The translations under genes and the position numbers were made by a program. 64,000 nucleotides of DNA, from positions 32,001 through 96,000 of the forward strand of contig CAVOMX010000009.1 in the NCBI GenBank assembly GCA_963697165.1. The letters run 5' to 3'. Each line of letters begins with the position of its first letter. Position 1 is the stretch's first letter. Source of the stretch: Candidatus Bathyarchaeota archaeon (GTDB lineage: Archaea > Thermoproteota > Bathyarchaeia > Bathyarchaeales > Bathyarchaeaceae). The notes beneath the pieces were generated by a model. The model was given only the letters and a program-made list of their open reading frames with translations. It was not told the origin of the DNA and did not search any database. Shown here one piece after another: positions 45,142 to 56,562 of the stretch.

Positions 45142-45954
45142 TCAGAGGGAAAGCAACGCCGTCAACGAGGGGATAGGAATATACAGCCAGACATAAACTG
45201 CAAGAAGTAGCATCAGAACAGAAACGAGGACAAGCATGTAGTCTGCTTTCTTTAGTTTGAGTTCATAGAGGTTTGTGCGTTTTTTGTTGGCACCCCAAGC
45301 TCGGGACTCCATTGACTCGGCTAACTCCAAACTTCTTCGGATGGCATTAACGATCAGAGGAATGAGAATGGGAATGTAGTTTTTGACTCGTTTAAACAGG
45401 TTTCCGCGCTCCAGTTCCAATCCTCTTGCCTTCTGCGCATCCATGATTGTCTGTGCCTCGTCAGCCAACACAGGCACAAAACGAACTGCAGTTGTGAATG
45501 CGAAACAAAACTCGTAGGGGATGTGGCTCTGCTGTAGCGCCAAGCCTAGATGGTCAGGTGATGTTGTGAGAAAGAACACTGAGAATGATGATATTAGAAC
45601 AACGAAACGTAGAGTCATTGCTGCTGAGCGCTCTAAAAGCACCAAGATGAGATTATCAGCGGGTGTTCCTTCCTGAATTGCTGTTGGAAAAAAGTATCCG
45701 AAGATAAAGTTGGTTGCAAAGATGAAGATTGCTAAAAATGCGGCGCCTCTTAAGGAACGTAACCATTGTCGGTTAACTTTTGCAATAAAAACGAAGGGTA
45801 AAGGTATGAAGAACAGTATAGTAAGTGCTATCAGCTTGGTGAATAGGATCGCCATCACGAACAGGACTGACACAAAGAAAAACTTGATTCTTGGGTCTAA
45901 ATCATGGACTACAGAAGAGACTTTCCTGAATTTGAAGCCTTCAAAGACGCTCAT
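45142..45954 (-). CDS. ecfT: ECF transporter T component
   Basis: LDPRIK, AQKARG, AESMESRA. Confidence 0.92.
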   Translation of the reverse strand: MSVFEGFKFRKVSSVVHDLDPRIKFFFVSVLFVMAILFTKLIALTILFFIPLPFVFIAKVNRQWLRSLRGAAFLAIFIFATNFIFGYFFPTAIQEGTPADNLILVLLERSAAMTLRFVVLISSFSVFFLTTSPDHLGLALQQSHIPYEFCFAFTTAVRFVPVLADEAQTIMDAQKARGLELERGNLFKRVKNYIPILIPLIVNAIRRSLELAESMESRAWGANKKRTNLYELKLKKADYMLVLVSVLMLLLAVYVWLYIPIPSLTALLSL

Positions 45955-46772
45955 GATTTTTTCCTCAGCCGATTTAACAGAATCTTAGTGGCTTCATGAA
46001 CATCAATAACGTCCGTTGGCAACCCAAAATCAGCCAGTTCCAGAAAAATCTGAGTTATCTGAGGAGGCACAATCGAAGCCTGCGCCAACAACTTGGGGTT
46101 AGTCAAAATCTTTTCCGCTTTGCCATCAACCAAAATTTTTCCTTGGCTCATCAATATAACACGGGGATTACATTCAGCCACAAACTCAACATCATGAGTG
46201 ACAACAACAACAGTCTTCTTTTGTGCATTTAATTGCAGGATAAACTGCTGCAGTTTCTCTTTTTGCTGATGATCCTGACCAATAGTTGGTTCGTCTAAAA
46301 CGATTATCTTAGGGTCCCAAGCAAGTATCGAAGCTAAAGCAACACGTTTTCGTTCTCCGCCGCTTAGCATAAAGGGCGATGTCTTTCGATACTGAAGAAT
46401 ATCCAACAAATTCAGAGCCCAGTCAATCTGTTTCTCTATAACAGCAGGTTCGAAACCAAAGTTTTTGAGGGCAAATGCAATCTCGTCCTCCACGGTCTCG
46501 CTGAACAATTGATGATCGGGATTCTGAAACACGAAACCAACGTTTCGAGCCAGCTGGGCAACACTTACATCGCGGGTGCTTACGCCGTCAACTAGGACCT
46601 CGCCTTTGGTTGGCTTCAAGAGCCCGTTGAAGTGTTTCACTAGAGTAGTTTTTCCTGCTCCGTTTTGTCCCATGATAGCCAAGAATTCGCCGTCATTGAT
46701 GGTGAGGTTGATTCCCCTCAGGGCTTCAAGACCAGTAGAGTATGTGTAGTAGAGATCTTTGACTTCAAGCAC
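45951..46772 (-). CDS. ecfA2: ECF transporter ATPase
   Basis: GQNGAGKTT, FQNPDHQ, LSGGE, DEPT. Confidence 0.92.
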   Translation of the reverse strand: MLEVKDLYYTYSTGLEALRGINLTINDGEFLAIMGQNGAGKTTLVKHFNGLLKPTKGEVLVDGVSTRDVSVAQLARNVGFVFQNPDHQLFSETVEDEIAFALKNFGFEPAVIEKQIDWALNLLDILQYRKTSPFMLSGGERKRVALASILAWDPKIIVLDEPTIGQDHQQKEKLQQFILQLNAQKKTVVVVTHDVEFVAECNPRVILMSQGKILVDGKAEKILTNPKLLAQASIVPPQITQIFLELADFGLPTDVIDVHEATKILLNRLRKKS

Positions 46773-47613
46773 ACTTCAGGACCTCCCGTAGAAGATTCAC
46801 TATTTCCTCTGGAGTAACTGGAACAGATTTCAGGTCTACACCATTTTTCTTGAGATTCTGATACAGTTTTGTTGCTTTCGGGATGCCAACGCCAATCAGA
46901 TGAGCAGTTTCAGAAGTGAATATTTCTCTTGGATTACCAGTTAAGGCGACTTTGCCGTTATTCATGACAATAACGTGATTGGCGTATTTTGCAGCAAGGT
47001 CAAGCCGATGCTCAACCAGAATAATTGTGATGCCAAATTTTTGGTTTAATTCGTTGATGACCTCAAAAATTTTTTCAGCTCCCAGCGGATCAAGAAAAGA
47101 TGTTGGTTCATCTAGTATCATGACGTCAGGCTGCATAGCAAGCACAGAGGCTATTGCTACCCGCTGCTGTTGTCCACCTGAAAGCTCATGGGGTGGTCTT
47201 TCAGCAAGTTCGCTTATTCCCGCCATTTGAAGTGCCCAATCGACACGTTTTCTCATTTCGTCACGGGGCACGGCAAGGTTTTCTAGACCAAACGCTACGT
47301 CCTTTTCGACAGATAGGGCGAACAGCTGGTTTTCGGGGTTCTGGAAAACAAGTCCTACGTGACGGGCGAGTTGGTGAATCTGATGTTCAGCTACATTGAG
47401 ACCAGCGACTTCGATTTTTCCTTCTAGGGTTCCGTTGTAGAAATGAGGTATAAGACCGTTGAAGCATCTACAAAGGGTTGTTTTTCCGCAGCCGCTTGGA
47501 CCAGTTAAGATAACAAAGTCGCCTTTATTTATTGTCATGGATACCTCTTCGATGGAAGGTTTTGTTGCACCCGGATAAGTGTATGTTAGGTCTTTTGTCT
47601 CGATTACAGCCAA
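46765..47613 (-). CDS. ecfA1: ECF transporter ATPase
   Basis: GPSGCGKTT, FQNPENQ, LSGGQQQR. Confidence 0.92.
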   Translation of the reverse strand: MAVIETKDLTYTYPGATKPSIEEVSMTINKGDFVILTGPSGCGKTTLCRCFNGLIPHFYNGTLEGKIEVAGLNVAEHQIHQLARHVGLVFQNPENQLFALSVEKDVAFGLENLAVPRDEMRKRVDWALQMAGISELAERPPHELSGGQQQRVAIASVLAMQPDVMILDEPTSFLDPLGAEKIFEVINELNQKFGITIILVEHRLDLAAKYANHVIVMNNGKVALTGNPREIFTSETAHLIGVGIPKATKLYQNLKKNGVDLKSVPVTPEEIVNLLREVLKCA

Positions 47614-47674
47614 GTTTGGTCCGCCAGCTTATTGCAATTTTTAGTTCATTTAAGAGTAGCTACCCAAAAAAGGG

Positions 47675-48658
47675 TTATTTTAACCTCTTTTTTATTAGTT
47701 TCGCACAAAAATTGAGACAAGCATTTACATCTCCGTCACCGTTTGCACCAGCAGAAACAGAGTGCCCCCCGCCCATGCCTCCCAAAAATTCGCCCACAGG
47801 AGTTGCCAAATCGCGACCCATGTGAAGGTCAGTCTCTTTGTAGAATTCGCTAGAAGCTCTAAAACTAACCTGAATTTTATCCCCCTTTTTGCCAGCGACA
47901 ACCGCAACATGAGCACCCAACGCGATGAGTCCCCGAGCCGCTGAGGCTTGATATGCGCTAACGTGAGAAAGAGCAATCAGCCAAAAGTTAATTTTTAGAA
48001 GCTTTATTCGGGTACTAGCTTTCAGTCGTGCCATGCGCTCTGAGTGTGCCATGGGCAACGAGAGAACTGGAAGCGTTTCTTGCGCGTTTACTCCGGCGTC
48101 TACAAGTTCAGCCACAACTTTTAGGGTTTCAGAAGTGGCTATGACAAAATGTCGGGAGTCGAAGGCTAATCCAAGAAAGAGCGCTTTTGCCTCGTCTGCG
48201 GATGGCAATATTTTTGCCTCTTTGAAGAGACGATAAACAACCTCACAGGTGGATGAGGCAGTTTCGTCTGACACAAAAACGGTTGCCATGTGTTCGGTTT
48301 CGGGGTGGCTTGCATGATGGTCAATTACGACTAGGGGGCGATCAGGAGTGATTAGTTCGCTCCATTCATCCAGCTGTTGAATAGTGTTTGTGTCCAGTAA
48401 AACAATCAGGTCAGCCGTTTCGATTCGAGGCTCAGATGTAAGTTCTATGGGAAGAACAGTCATCACAGATTTAGAAAGCCTGCTGGGTCCAGAAGCCGCC
48501 GCAATCTCAGTTTCCATGTTTGGTCTTAGGCACTTTAGTAGTCCTTTGAAGGCGAAGGCGGAGCCTATGGCATCTGGATCAGCGTTGTGGTGACATAAAA
48601 GAACGGCTAGCTTGGCATCAAGCTTGTCTATTAGGGCTACTATTTCTTGGATTTGCAC
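47675..48658 (-). CDS. DHH family phosphoesterase
   Basis: HHNADPD, IDHH, GGGH. Confidence 0.9.
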   Translation of the reverse strand: MQIQEIVALIDKLDAKLAVLLCHHNADPDAIGSAFAFKGLLKCLRPNMETEIAAASGPSRLSKSVMTVLPIELTSEPRIETADLIVLLDTNTIQQLDEWSELITPDRPLVVIDHHASHPETEHMATVFVSDETASSTCEVVYRLFKEAKILPSADEAKALFLGLAFDSRHFVIATSETLKVVAELVDAGVNAQETLPVLSLPMAHSERMARLKASTRIKLLKINFWLIALSHVSAYQASAARGLIALGAHVAVVAGKKGDKIQVSFRASSEFYKETDLHMGRDLATPVGEFLGGMGGGHSVSAGANGDGDVNACLNFCAKLIKKRLK

Positions 48659-48942
48659 TTGAGTTCCCTCAAGTATTCTTCAATGTGGGCAAAGGCTCGT
48701 TTTGTTGCTTCTTTTGTTAATGATTCGACATCGAAGTCTTTCATTAGGGGGGATAAAACAACGTTTACGTCAACGTTTACAGTTATGGGTTTTGTTCCTT
48801 CGGCGTCCACTGCAACGTCGAGGGTGACTATTCTGCTAGTTGATACTTTGTATAGGACGTATTCTCTGGCAGCCTGTTCTGCGCCCTCACATAACTCTGC
48901 GACTTGTTCAAGATTTAGTTCGGGAATTCCATTCTCTGCCAA
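48640..48942 (-). CDS. DUF3194-like protein
   Basis: Size, sequence pattern and position downstream of prefoldin beta. Confidence 0.7.
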   Translation of the reverse strand: MAENGIPELNLEQVAELCEGAEQAAREYVLYKVSTSRIVTLDVAVDAEGTKPITVNVDVNVVLSPLMKDFDVESLTKEATKRAFAHIEEYLRELKCKSKK

Positions 48943-48954
48943 GAGGTCTTCATC

Positions 48955-49323
48955 CTAAGCAGAACCTGATACTGGACGCAAGTCCTGCTGTAGCTTCTCC
49001 TGCAGGTCCTTCACTTGGGTTCGAAGGCGCTCCTCCTGTTTTGCTAGGACGTCAACTCTCATCTTCACAAGCTCTTTACGTTCAGTTAATTCTGTTGTAA
49101 CCTTGTCCTTTTCTGCTTTAACAAGAAGTGCACCGATGGACTTGTAGACTACCGCAGTTTCATTTAGCTTCTCTAGCTCGCTTACTGCCTGCTCAACCTC
49201 TGTGAGTTGCAGTTCAAGCTGCTGTTTCTGGCTCATTACTCCCTGTAGAGTTTGTTGCAACTGTTGAAGCCTAAGCAACCGTTGCTGAATTTGGGGTGGA
49301 AGTCTCGAAATATCTTCGCTCAT
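48955..49323 (-). CDS. pfdB: Prefoldin beta subunit
   Basis: LPPQIQ, VYKSIGALLV, coiled coils. Confidence 0.93.
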   Translation of the reverse strand: MSEDISRLPPQIQQRLLRLQQLQQTLQGVMSQKQQLELQLTEVEQAVSELEKLNETAVVYKSIGALLVKAEKDKVTTELTERKELVKMRVDVLAKQEERLRTQVKDLQEKLQQDLRPVSGSA

Positions 49324-49473
49324 CTTATACTCCTCAAACCTTTGTCTCTGAATTCCTTCAGCTTAAATAACTTGGCGTATATTAAGCGTTTTCACTAAAG
49401 AAACCACATGACCAATAACGGTTATGCCATCAATCATAACCCACAGAGTTACTACAACAAAAAAAGTGTTTTA

Positions 49474-49722
49474 TTACAGGTCCGTTAATTTTTGGAGGTT
49501 CATTGCCACGCCAATCAACCGCAAATACGAGTTCATGGACGCCCTCAATGCCGAAGTGTCTTTTGCCTTGAAATCTAAAATCAAACTTTGACCCTCGGTA
49601 GTCATGTGAACTTTTGAGCGGCTAGTAGATGATGTCTCGGTTTCGGGCTTCAGCGCCTGCAAAACTACATGCAACTGTTTTTCTGAAGAAAAGTTTAGGC
49701 GGACAACAGCCTGAGCCTTCAT
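49474..49722 (-). CDS. pcc1: KEOPS complex subunit Pcc1
   Basis: ALKPE, DTSALRASMNSYLR. Confidence 0.9.
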   Translation of the reverse strand: MKAQAVVRLNFSSEKQLHVVLQALKPETETSSTSRSKVHMTTEGQSLILDFKAKDTSALRASMNSYLRLIGVAMNLQKLTDL

Positions 49723-50270
49723 GATGGAACTTCCCAAATCAGCCTTGACACCGTGAGTCTAGGTCCTACTTCAAGCATTCTACTAAGAAGCATAAACGTG
49801 ACTTGAAGTCGCCGTGAAGAGTCAAACGACAAATGCATTGAAGCATGATGATTCTCACATGCATCATCTAAAGACAGAACAGGCAAACCAAAATACTGCG
49901 ACAGCCGCCCAGCTGTTCGTTCTATCTCACGAGAAGATTTAGGCTCCAATGTAATCACAGACGAGCGGACACGGCTTGTGCATTCTTTTAGCTCTCTTCG
50001 CAAACGTATCCCAGACATCAACATCAACGGAGAAACAGGCTTTAATCCAGTTGAGGATAACAAAAAAAGACTGACTTTTCCTGGTCCACCGTGCCATCGA
50101 TCAACAATAATTATGCGGTCGGCGTCAAGCTCAATCGCCTTCTCGGCTACGCCATCCTGACTCATCTTTCCACGATTAACGCGAACAACATCAGGAATAG
50201 AGCAGGCTAAATCGCGACAAAACGTTCGTATCCTTCCAGTTGGTCTCCGAGAGGTAGTCAACAAAATCAA
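49719..50270 (-). CDS. Brix-domain ribosome biogenesis protein
   Basis: MILLTTSRRP..RTF..NRGK. Confidence 0.9.
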   Translation of the reverse strand: MILLTTSRRPTGRIRTFCRDLACSIPDVVRVNRGKMSQDGVAEKAIELDADRIIIVDRWHGGPGKVSLFLLSSTGLKPVSPLMLMSGIRLRRELKECTSRVRSSVITLEPKSSREIERTAGRLSQYFGLPVLSLDDACENHHASMHLSFDSSRRLQVTFMLLSRMLEVGPRLTVSRLIWEVPS

Positions 50271-50329
50271 CTTTAATACACCTCACCAAAAAAAGGTGAC
50301 CAAGAAGGCTTTCGCCTTATTGGCTTTTC

Positions 50330-50608
50330 TTAGTCTTCTGAAGAAGAGGACAGGCTCTTCACTTGACGCTTCGCCACAACCCCAAGCTTCGTAACTGGGG
50401 TATAGGCGCCGCCAGCAAAGGTTACACTGCATTTCTTGCAGTTCCAGACGCCAACACTCACTCTTGAGACCGCCTCAGCGCCACATTGTGGGCACTTGTG
50501 GGTCCGCCTGAGTTCTGTGAGTACCTTCACGTAACGTTTTCTGAGTGAAGCGCCGTAGCGAGTACCAAGCCCTCTAGTCATAGCAACTTTTTTTGTATTT
50601 CTTCCCAT
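50330..50608 (-). CDS. rpl37ae: 50S ribosomal protein L37Ae (eL43)
   Basis: GTRYGASLRK, CPQC, GVWNCKKC, GGAY. Confidence 0.95.
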   Translation of the reverse strand: MGRNTKKVAMTRGLGTRYGASLRKRYVKVLTELRRTHKCPQCGAEAVSRVSVGVWNCKKCSVTFAGGAYTPVTKLGVVAKRQVKSLSSSSED

Positions 50609-51408
50609 CAGTTTTTAACCACGATTTTTCTTAATTCTGCAGTCTTTTCTATGGCAATCTTGGTGGCTTCCGATATCTCATCTCGGGTAAAGTAGCCAGA
50701 ACCGCCACCCTTCTGTATGGCACAGATGTTTCCGTCTTTGTTCAGGGTCATCGTCAATCGTGCATCCATAACCTGCTCCTCATCAAGTCCAGTGTCCAAT
50801 ATGAGCTTATCGCCTATCTTAGCGAAAGTAACTGCTATTGGATAGTCAACCATCGGAAGTGGATTATAGCCAGGTTTCTTCACGATTGCGCAGTCTTCCA
50901 CAGTATACTTGAACATCTTCGTGTTGATTAGAGCCGCCAAGGCTGCCATAGCCGAAGCATCAATGAGGTTTCCGTCATGGTTGAGAACATAAACATCCAC
51001 GAAAACCACGAACACCATTTTACCAGACTCGACACAAAGCTTCTCCAAGTCAATAGCCTTCGATTCACGTATACCCCTATCCACAACTCGAGCCAACTCC
51101 ACAGCCATCTCGCCGGGTGGACCAGGCTCAAAATCTGGAGACGCAAGGGGCACAAGTTCAGCATTAACAGTTAGAACACCCTTGTCAGGCACATCTGCAA
51201 ATGGAGTCCCAGTTCCGACTTTAACGCCTACTAGAACTTCAGTTTTGCCTAAACGCACCCGAGCAGAACCTTCGGCACGTTCGATTACTCCCGATTCTAT
51301 TTGAATTTCTCGGTAGTCTGTTAATCCTCGTCCGTCGGTTCTTTTTCCGCTCGCGAGAAGTTCAGTGATTCGTTTTTTATTAATATTCACAACAATTGAT
51401 TTGGTCAT
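50608..51408 (-). CDS. rrp42: Exosome complex component Rrp42
   Basis: [29 protein letters not shown]. Confidence 0.95.
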   Translation of the reverse strand: MTKSIVVNINKKRITELLASGKRTDGRGLTDYREIQIESGVIERAEGSARVRLGKTEVLVGVKVGTGTPFADVPDKGVLTVNAELVPLASPDFEPGPPGEMAVELARVVDRGIRESKAIDLEKLCVESGKMVFVVFVDVYVLNHDGNLIDASAMAALAALINTKMFKYTVEDCAIVKKPGYNPLPMVDYPIAVTFAKIGDKLILDTGLDEEQVMDARLTMTLNKDGNICAIQKGGGSGYFTRDEISEATKIAIEKTAELRKIVVKN

Positions 51409-52145
51409 TCTTCTTTAGCCTCCTTAGCTGAAACATACTTTGATTTTAACGCTTCCTTCTGAAGTGCATACAGTTTCTTGCAGCCTTCAAGAGCCATATC
51501 CACGGCAGTATCAAACTCGTCAACAGACAGATTTCCATCCATCTGCAGCAAGGTTATGGCTTTCAGATTAGGCATATATGCTACGGGCACATCAGCTTCG
51601 CCGACCTTATCTTCGGTATCCATAAGATCAAGAGCAATTTTTCCGTCAGCTTTACCAGCTGCGCAAGCCACAACTAAGTCGCGCATGGGAATTCCGGCGT
51701 CCGCCAATGCAAGAGCAGCCGCAGTGATGCCTGCACATCTTGTTCCTCCGTCTGCTTGTAAGATTTCGATATATACTTGAATTGATGTTCGGGGATAGTA
51801 TTCGAGAAAAATTGCGGGCTCTAAAGCTTCTCGAATAACCTTGGAAAGTTCAACGTCTCTTCTTGAAGGTGCAGGAGACTTTCTTTCGTCAACCGAAAAG
51901 GGAGCCATGTGATAACGACATTGAATGACAGCGCGATCCTGTTGTGCAATGTGTCGTGGATGAGCCTCTTTAGGTCCATAGACTCCTACGAGAATCTTGT
52001 TTCTTCCCTGTTCCAGATATGCAGAACCATCAGCGTTAGGGATAACTCCGACCTCCATCTTCACGGGTCGTAACTCATCCAATTTGCGGCCATCTAAACG
52101 GATACCTTTCTTATCAATCAATTTTTCAGATTTTTTAGGTGTCAT
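51405..52145 (-). CDS. rrp41: Exosome complex exonuclease Rrp41
   Basis: RLDGR, VYGP, YHMAPFS, QADGGTR. Confidence 0.95.
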   Translation of the reverse strand: MTPKKSEKLIDKKGIRLDGRKLDELRPVKMEVGVIPNADGSAYLEQGRNKILVGVYGPKEAHPRHIAQQDRAVIQCRYHMAPFSVDERKSPAPSRRDVELSKVIREALEPAIFLEYYPRTSIQVYIEILQADGGTRCAGITAAALALADAGIPMRDLVVACAAGKADGKIALDLMDTEDKVGEADVPVAYMPNLKAITLLQMDGNLSVDEFDTAVDMALEGCKKLYALQKEALKSKYVSAKEAKEE

Positions 52146-52173
52146 CGTTTCTCTCTCTCCTTTAGTTTTCTTT

Positions 52174-52875
52174 TTATTTGCTTTCAACTGCTTTTCTTTC
52201 CTTTCTAATCATCTCAGTTACTTTGTCAGTTAACCCACTCGTGTGAGATTCTTTTTCAATTTTGCGAAGAGCCATAACAGCAATCCGCTCATCATCATAA
52301 GACCGGCCAGTAAGAAGAACCAAACCATTCTGACCAATAGTCAACTGACAACCGGTTTCCCTCTTTATCATACCCACCATGGAGCCTTGTCTACCGATAA
52401 TCCGCGGAATCTTTGTGGGAGTAACCTCAACCAACTGACCCCGCATAATCTTTCCTAGACCTGGTTCACGGACGCTCAACTGTGGGTCGCGGGTTCGATC
52501 ATATTCAACTACATTGGCGATAATCAGATCGCCCACATCAAAGATGGAAGGCAAATCTGTTGTTTCCGGTTTAAAGGAGCGCTCAACAACTTCGGATGCT
52601 CTAAGCCTAGCAAGATGCGGAGCTTTGATGTCTATAACCCAACCACCAGGCGTTGTTTCAACGACTTTTCCGATAACTGTGTCTCCGGGAACTGGAATGT
52701 AAAATGCTTTAAGGGCAACGACTTGAACTCTTTTACCGTCATAATCAACAAGTCCAAGGCGGCAAGCATAGATTTTTGTATTCTCTTTATATGTACTGTC
52801 TCCGGATACATAATCACCTTCGGCGAGAAGGTCACCAGGCGTAACAAGCTGTTTTTTTTCATAGAAAAGTGGCAT
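52174..52875 (-). CDS. rrp4: Exosome RNA-binding protein Rrp4
   Basis: VTPGD, S1 and KH domains, HTSGLTD. Confidence 0.95.
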   Translation of the reverse strand: MPLFYEKKQLVTPGDLLAEGDYVSGDSTYKENTKIYACRLGLVDYDGKRVQVVALKAFYIPVPGDTVIGKVVETTPGGWVIDIKAPHLARLRASEVVERSFKPETTDLPSIFDVGDLIIANVVEYDRTRDPQLSVREPGLGKIMRGQLVEVTPTKIPRIIGRQGSMVGMIKRETGCQLTIGQNGLVLLTGRSYDDERIAVMALRKIEKESHTSGLTDKVTEMIRKERKAVESK

Positions 52876-52898
52876 ATTTAAAACCTCAAGAATTTATT

Positions 52899-53589
52899 TC
52901 ATTTTACCAATTTTGCTTCAATGTTTCCTCGGGTCATTTTCCCCAATTTGTCCAAGAGAGGCCCGTAAAGGCCAGCAGACATTTCCACGGTAGCAGACCA
53001 AGACCCGTCAGTCTGCCACTGGTCCCTCTTTAGCGTTCCATAGCCTTTAACGGTTCCGTAAACTTTGCTTGCGTGTTCTGGAGGTGACATGAATGTCAAC
53101 TGTGATTTTCTCCATTTTCAGGGGAATAATTGGACGTAGGAGCTTTATTATGTCTTTTGATTGTTCTTCTGTGGTTTTGTGAGGATCAATAGAAAAGTGA
53201 ATCTCTTTCATTGCCTGTTCAATTCGTATGGGAGGGTGAGGAAGGTTCGTTTTCGGATCAATACATTCACGTGATATGAAGGAAATGATTTGTTTCCGTT
53301 TGTCTTCAACAAGCTGTTTCCTTTGATCAGTAGTTAACTGAAGATCACCTTTCTTAAGAATAATCTCAGCTATTTTGAGTGAATCAGTTGTTTTGAAGAC
53401 TTGCTGCAACTTCTCTTCTGACGCTTTTGAGCCTTTTCCAGCGTCAGTGAAGATTGTTTCTGTGACTAAAATTTGAGAAATAGGGATGGTTTTTCCGAGC
53501 TTGTATTCGAGAGCAGGCTCAGGCTTAGTTAAGATTTCGAAGTGTTCGCCATCTTGAGTGATGCGCGCGATTGTGTAGCGTTCGCTCAT
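52899..53589 (-). CDS. Ribosome maturation protein SBDS/SDO1 (frameshift near 53090)
   Basis: FEIL, LQLTTDQRK, IDPKTNLPHPPIRIE. Confidence 0.93.
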
Positions 53590-54323
53590 TAAGTTCCACT
53601 GCCCTCAAGCCCTCTTTGGATAGCCTCAACTTTCTCGTCGTCCAGTGCTTGGAACTTTTTTGTATCTGCGGGAATAATGCTTATTTTGATTCGTTTTGGC
53701 TCGCCTCTGGCTTCAAGGGATTTAGTTAAACATTTAGCAGCAAGTTTTATGGCGTCATCTAAGCTGAGGTCCGCACGATAATCCTCCTTAAGGATACCTT
53801 CAACTATTTCACGACCAATACCCACAGACACCGCCTTGTAGCCCCTGTAAGAGCCGCTTGGATCGGTTGTAAATACTCTGCATCCTGTTTTGTCGACTCC
53901 ACCAAAGATGATTGAAACACCAAAGGGCCTTACTCCTGCGTGCTGAGTGTAAAGCTGCTTCACGTCTCCGACACGTTTTGTCATAATTTCAACATCTATG
54001 GGTTCATCATATGTTAGCCGATTACTTTGGGCATATATTCTAGCTTGGTCAATTAGTATACGAGCGTCAGATCCCAAACCAACAACTGCTGCTCCAAGAT
54101 GATCATCTACGCCATAAATTTTCCAAGTGAAGTCAGTATCTTGAAGGGGAGTTTCAATTTTTTCTTCTGCGCCTAAGACAACTCCTTTTGAGCAGACAAT
54201 CCCAATTATTGTTGCGCCGCGGTTTACCGTTTCTAGGGCATATTCAACCTGAAATAGACGGCCATCTGGAGAAAACACGGTAATGGCACGATCATAAGCT
54301 CCGGGTGCAGCAAATACAGACAA
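53589..54323 (-). CDS. psmA: Proteasome alpha subunit
   Basis: YDRAITVFSPDGRLFQVEYA; TTG start behind GAGGTGA. Confidence 0.96.
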   Translation of the reverse strand: MSVFAAPGAYDRAITVFSPDGRLFQVEYALETVNRGATIIGIVCSKGVVLGAEEKIETPLQDTDFTWKIYGVDDHLGAAVVGLGSDARILIDQARIYAQSNRLTYDEPIDVEIMTKRVGDVKQLYTQHAGVRPFGVSIIFGGVDKTGCRVFTTDPSGSYRGYKAVSVGIGREIVEGILKEDYRADLSLDDAIKLAAKCLTKSLEARGEPKRIKISIIPADTKKFQALDDEKVEAIQRGLEGSGT

Positions 54324-54547
54324 ACCATTCACCTCATACATTAACTACGTTTTGTCTCTGATGTAATAGGACGGAACTAAAAACCTTTTCGTATTTACCG
54401 CAGATTTTATGTTAAAGTCCACTTTAGGCTTCTGTAAATAATGTTGCAGGAGCGCCAGAAAACAAAAGGTGCATTCATATTAGGAGACTAATAACAGCTG
54501 ATTGTTGAAAACAGCCTTTTTTCAGGAAAACATATCTACAACAAATC

Positions 54548-55249
54548 TCAGTTGGTCATTTTCTGGGCAACCACCATGACATGTGCCTTGTCAAACGGTT
54601 CAAGACCAACAACTTGACTGACACAAAATCCTCTAGACTCCAAAATCGCAATCTCCTTCTGGAAAACCACAGACGGCTCTTTTGTCACATCTATACTTTG
54701 AGCCTTAATTGTCAAGATAACCCAGCCGTCATCAGCAAGAAACATGTCAGCATTATCTGCCAAAATCCGAGCCTGCTCAGGCTGCGCAACATCACAGTAA
54801 ACGCTATTCACCCGCTCCACCATCCGCGAATAGGATTCCGGCAAGCGTGCATCCGCCAAAATAGGCGACATGTTATAACGAAAAGCAGCAACGCTGTTGA
54901 CCAGTTCACGTAGGGAACGCGAAGCAAACTCGACACAGTACACATGTCCTTCTTCACCAACAATGTCAGAAACGTGGCTTGCAGTTGTTCCTGAAGCAGC
55001 GCCCAGATACAATACCTTCTGGTTGGGGTATATGGGAACAGAGTCTAAGCCCTTTAGTATGCCAGCCGCAAGCTTGCTTCGGTAAGGGTCCCAGAGCCTG
55101 TATTCGCTGCCTTTAAAATTGACGAGCCGTTCCCCATAAACGGCTTTTTCCGGAACCAAGTTCTTGGTGCCTAACTTCCGTGAGCCATCCTCTAGAGTAA
55201 CCCAGTAAATCTCTGGAAAAAATGGATGTGACTTAACGTTTATTGCCAC
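54548..55249 (-). CDS. flpA: Fibrillarin-like rRNA/tRNA 2'-O-methyltransferase
   Basis: WDPYRSKLAA, LYLGAASGTT, DVAQP. Confidence 0.96.
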   Translation of the reverse strand: MAINVKSHPFFPEIYWVTLEDGSRKLGTKNLVPEKAVYGERLVNFKGSEYRLWDPYRSKLAAGILKGLDSVPIYPNQKVLYLGAASGTTASHVSDIVGEEGHVYCVEFASRSLRELVNSVAAFRYNMSPILADARLPESYSRMVERVNSVYCDVAQPEQARILADNADMFLADDGWVILTIKAQSIDVTKEPSVVFQKEIAILESRGFCVSQVVGLEPFDKAHVMVVAQKMTN

Positions 55250-56495
55250 GTTTCTTTCTCCACTGCTGCTTTCTTTCTGGCGGCTTTCTATATGGAGTCC
55301 TCTTTGTTGGCGGGAGAGGCGGCGGAGGATTCGGGTATCTCTTCTGTATCTCTTCGACTCTCTTATCGAGGTCGGCTTTCAATTCATCTCCAGCATATTT
55401 GCCGCTGAAGGCATCAACCCGCGCTGCTATACTCAATTTTCCAGCCAAGGCACGTGCAATTTTTCCCCGTTGCCAACGCTTTGCATCATGAATAAGCGGA
55501 TGCTGAAAGATTATCCCATGCTTAGGCGGACGCGCCTTCGTCTTCAATGACCTGAAAAGAGCCTTCTCTGCTCCCAAAATCTGCATTGTACTTGCCGGTA
55601 ACTTAGCCAAGTTCATCAGCCCACCAGTCATAGCAATCAAACGAGCACCCAAAAGTGAACCGCCTATCGCTTTTATGTTTGGAGCCACTTCATCCATAAC
55701 CGATTCCACGTAATTCTCTAACGATTGCCGCACACTATACAATTCAAGGACGTTTCTGCACATTGCTTGAATCTGAGCTAAGTCATCATCGCCTAAATCG
55801 GCACCCATAGAAGCCATAGCAACCTCTGCCATCGTTTGGGACTTAGCTTTAGGCAATCCCTCTTCTTCTAGGTTCTCGACAGTGAAGTTTTCTCTAGTTC
55901 CTAAATTAACAACGAGACGTGCATAAGTTTCGTGCTTTTCAAGTATCCGATCTAATTCGGGATAGTGAAGCCCGAACCACTCCCGTATCCTACCCATGAA
56001 AAGATTCAAGGATTTATCCAAGTCGTCAACGGTTAGAACCGCCTGAGCCGCCAGCAAGTCTCGCCTTTCAACAGTCTTCTTCACATTCATCTTGGCAAGT
56101 TCGATAGAAACTTTGTGAACCTGCACACGAAGCTGCTCCGGCTTCTCCACAAACCCTAACTCCAAGGCAAACTTTTCCAAGTTTTCGCGAAATAGTCTAC
56201 CCGCCTCTGAAGACTGCTCAACAGTCACTTCGACATTCAGGTTTTCACTGGCGCCTATAGCCATCTTTTGATTCTCAAAAACAAAGTGTGTGTAGCCTTT
56301 AGCCCGCAGCTTATCAACCAGACTCGAAATCTCCTCGAGCAACTTTCCCTCTTCTATCTTTCTTAGCCTTTCCGCCGTTTCAAGCGAATCTTTGGGAAAG
56401 AACACTTTCTCAACAAGAACATTGTCTTCGCCAAAACCAAAGACACCCATTATCGATTCTACTATTGTAACTTTCACAAGTTTCCCATCCATCAT
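55233..56495 (-). CDS. nop5: C/D box RNP protein Nop5 (Nop56/58)
   Basis: REWFGLHYPEL, QILGAEKALF, PKHGIIFQ. Confidence 0.95.
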   Translation of the reverse strand: MMDGKLVKVTIVESIMGVFGFGEDNVLVEKVFFPKDSLETAERLRKIEEGKLLEEISSLVDKLRAKGYTHFVFENQKMAIGASENLNVEVTVEQSSEAGRLFRENLEKFALELGFVEKPEQLRVQVHKVSIELAKMNVKKTVERRDLLAAQAVLTVDDLDKSLNLFMGRIREWFGLHYPELDRILEKHETYARLVVNLGTRENFTVENLEEEGLPKAKSQTMAEVAMASMGADLGDDDLAQIQAMCRNVLELYSVRQSLENYVESVMDEVAPNIKAIGGSLLGARLIAMTGGLMNLAKLPASTMQILGAEKALFRSLKTKARPPKHGIIFQHPLIHDAKRWQRGKIARALAGKLSIAARVDAFSGKYAGDELKADLDKRVEEIQKRYPNPPPPLPPTKRTPYRKPPERKQQWRKKRGNKR

Positions 56496-56562
56496 TGCAT
56501 AATATTAGAGTACGCTTCCTAACCTTTATCTTGGCAGTGGATAACTTTTACTGCAAAGAGGA

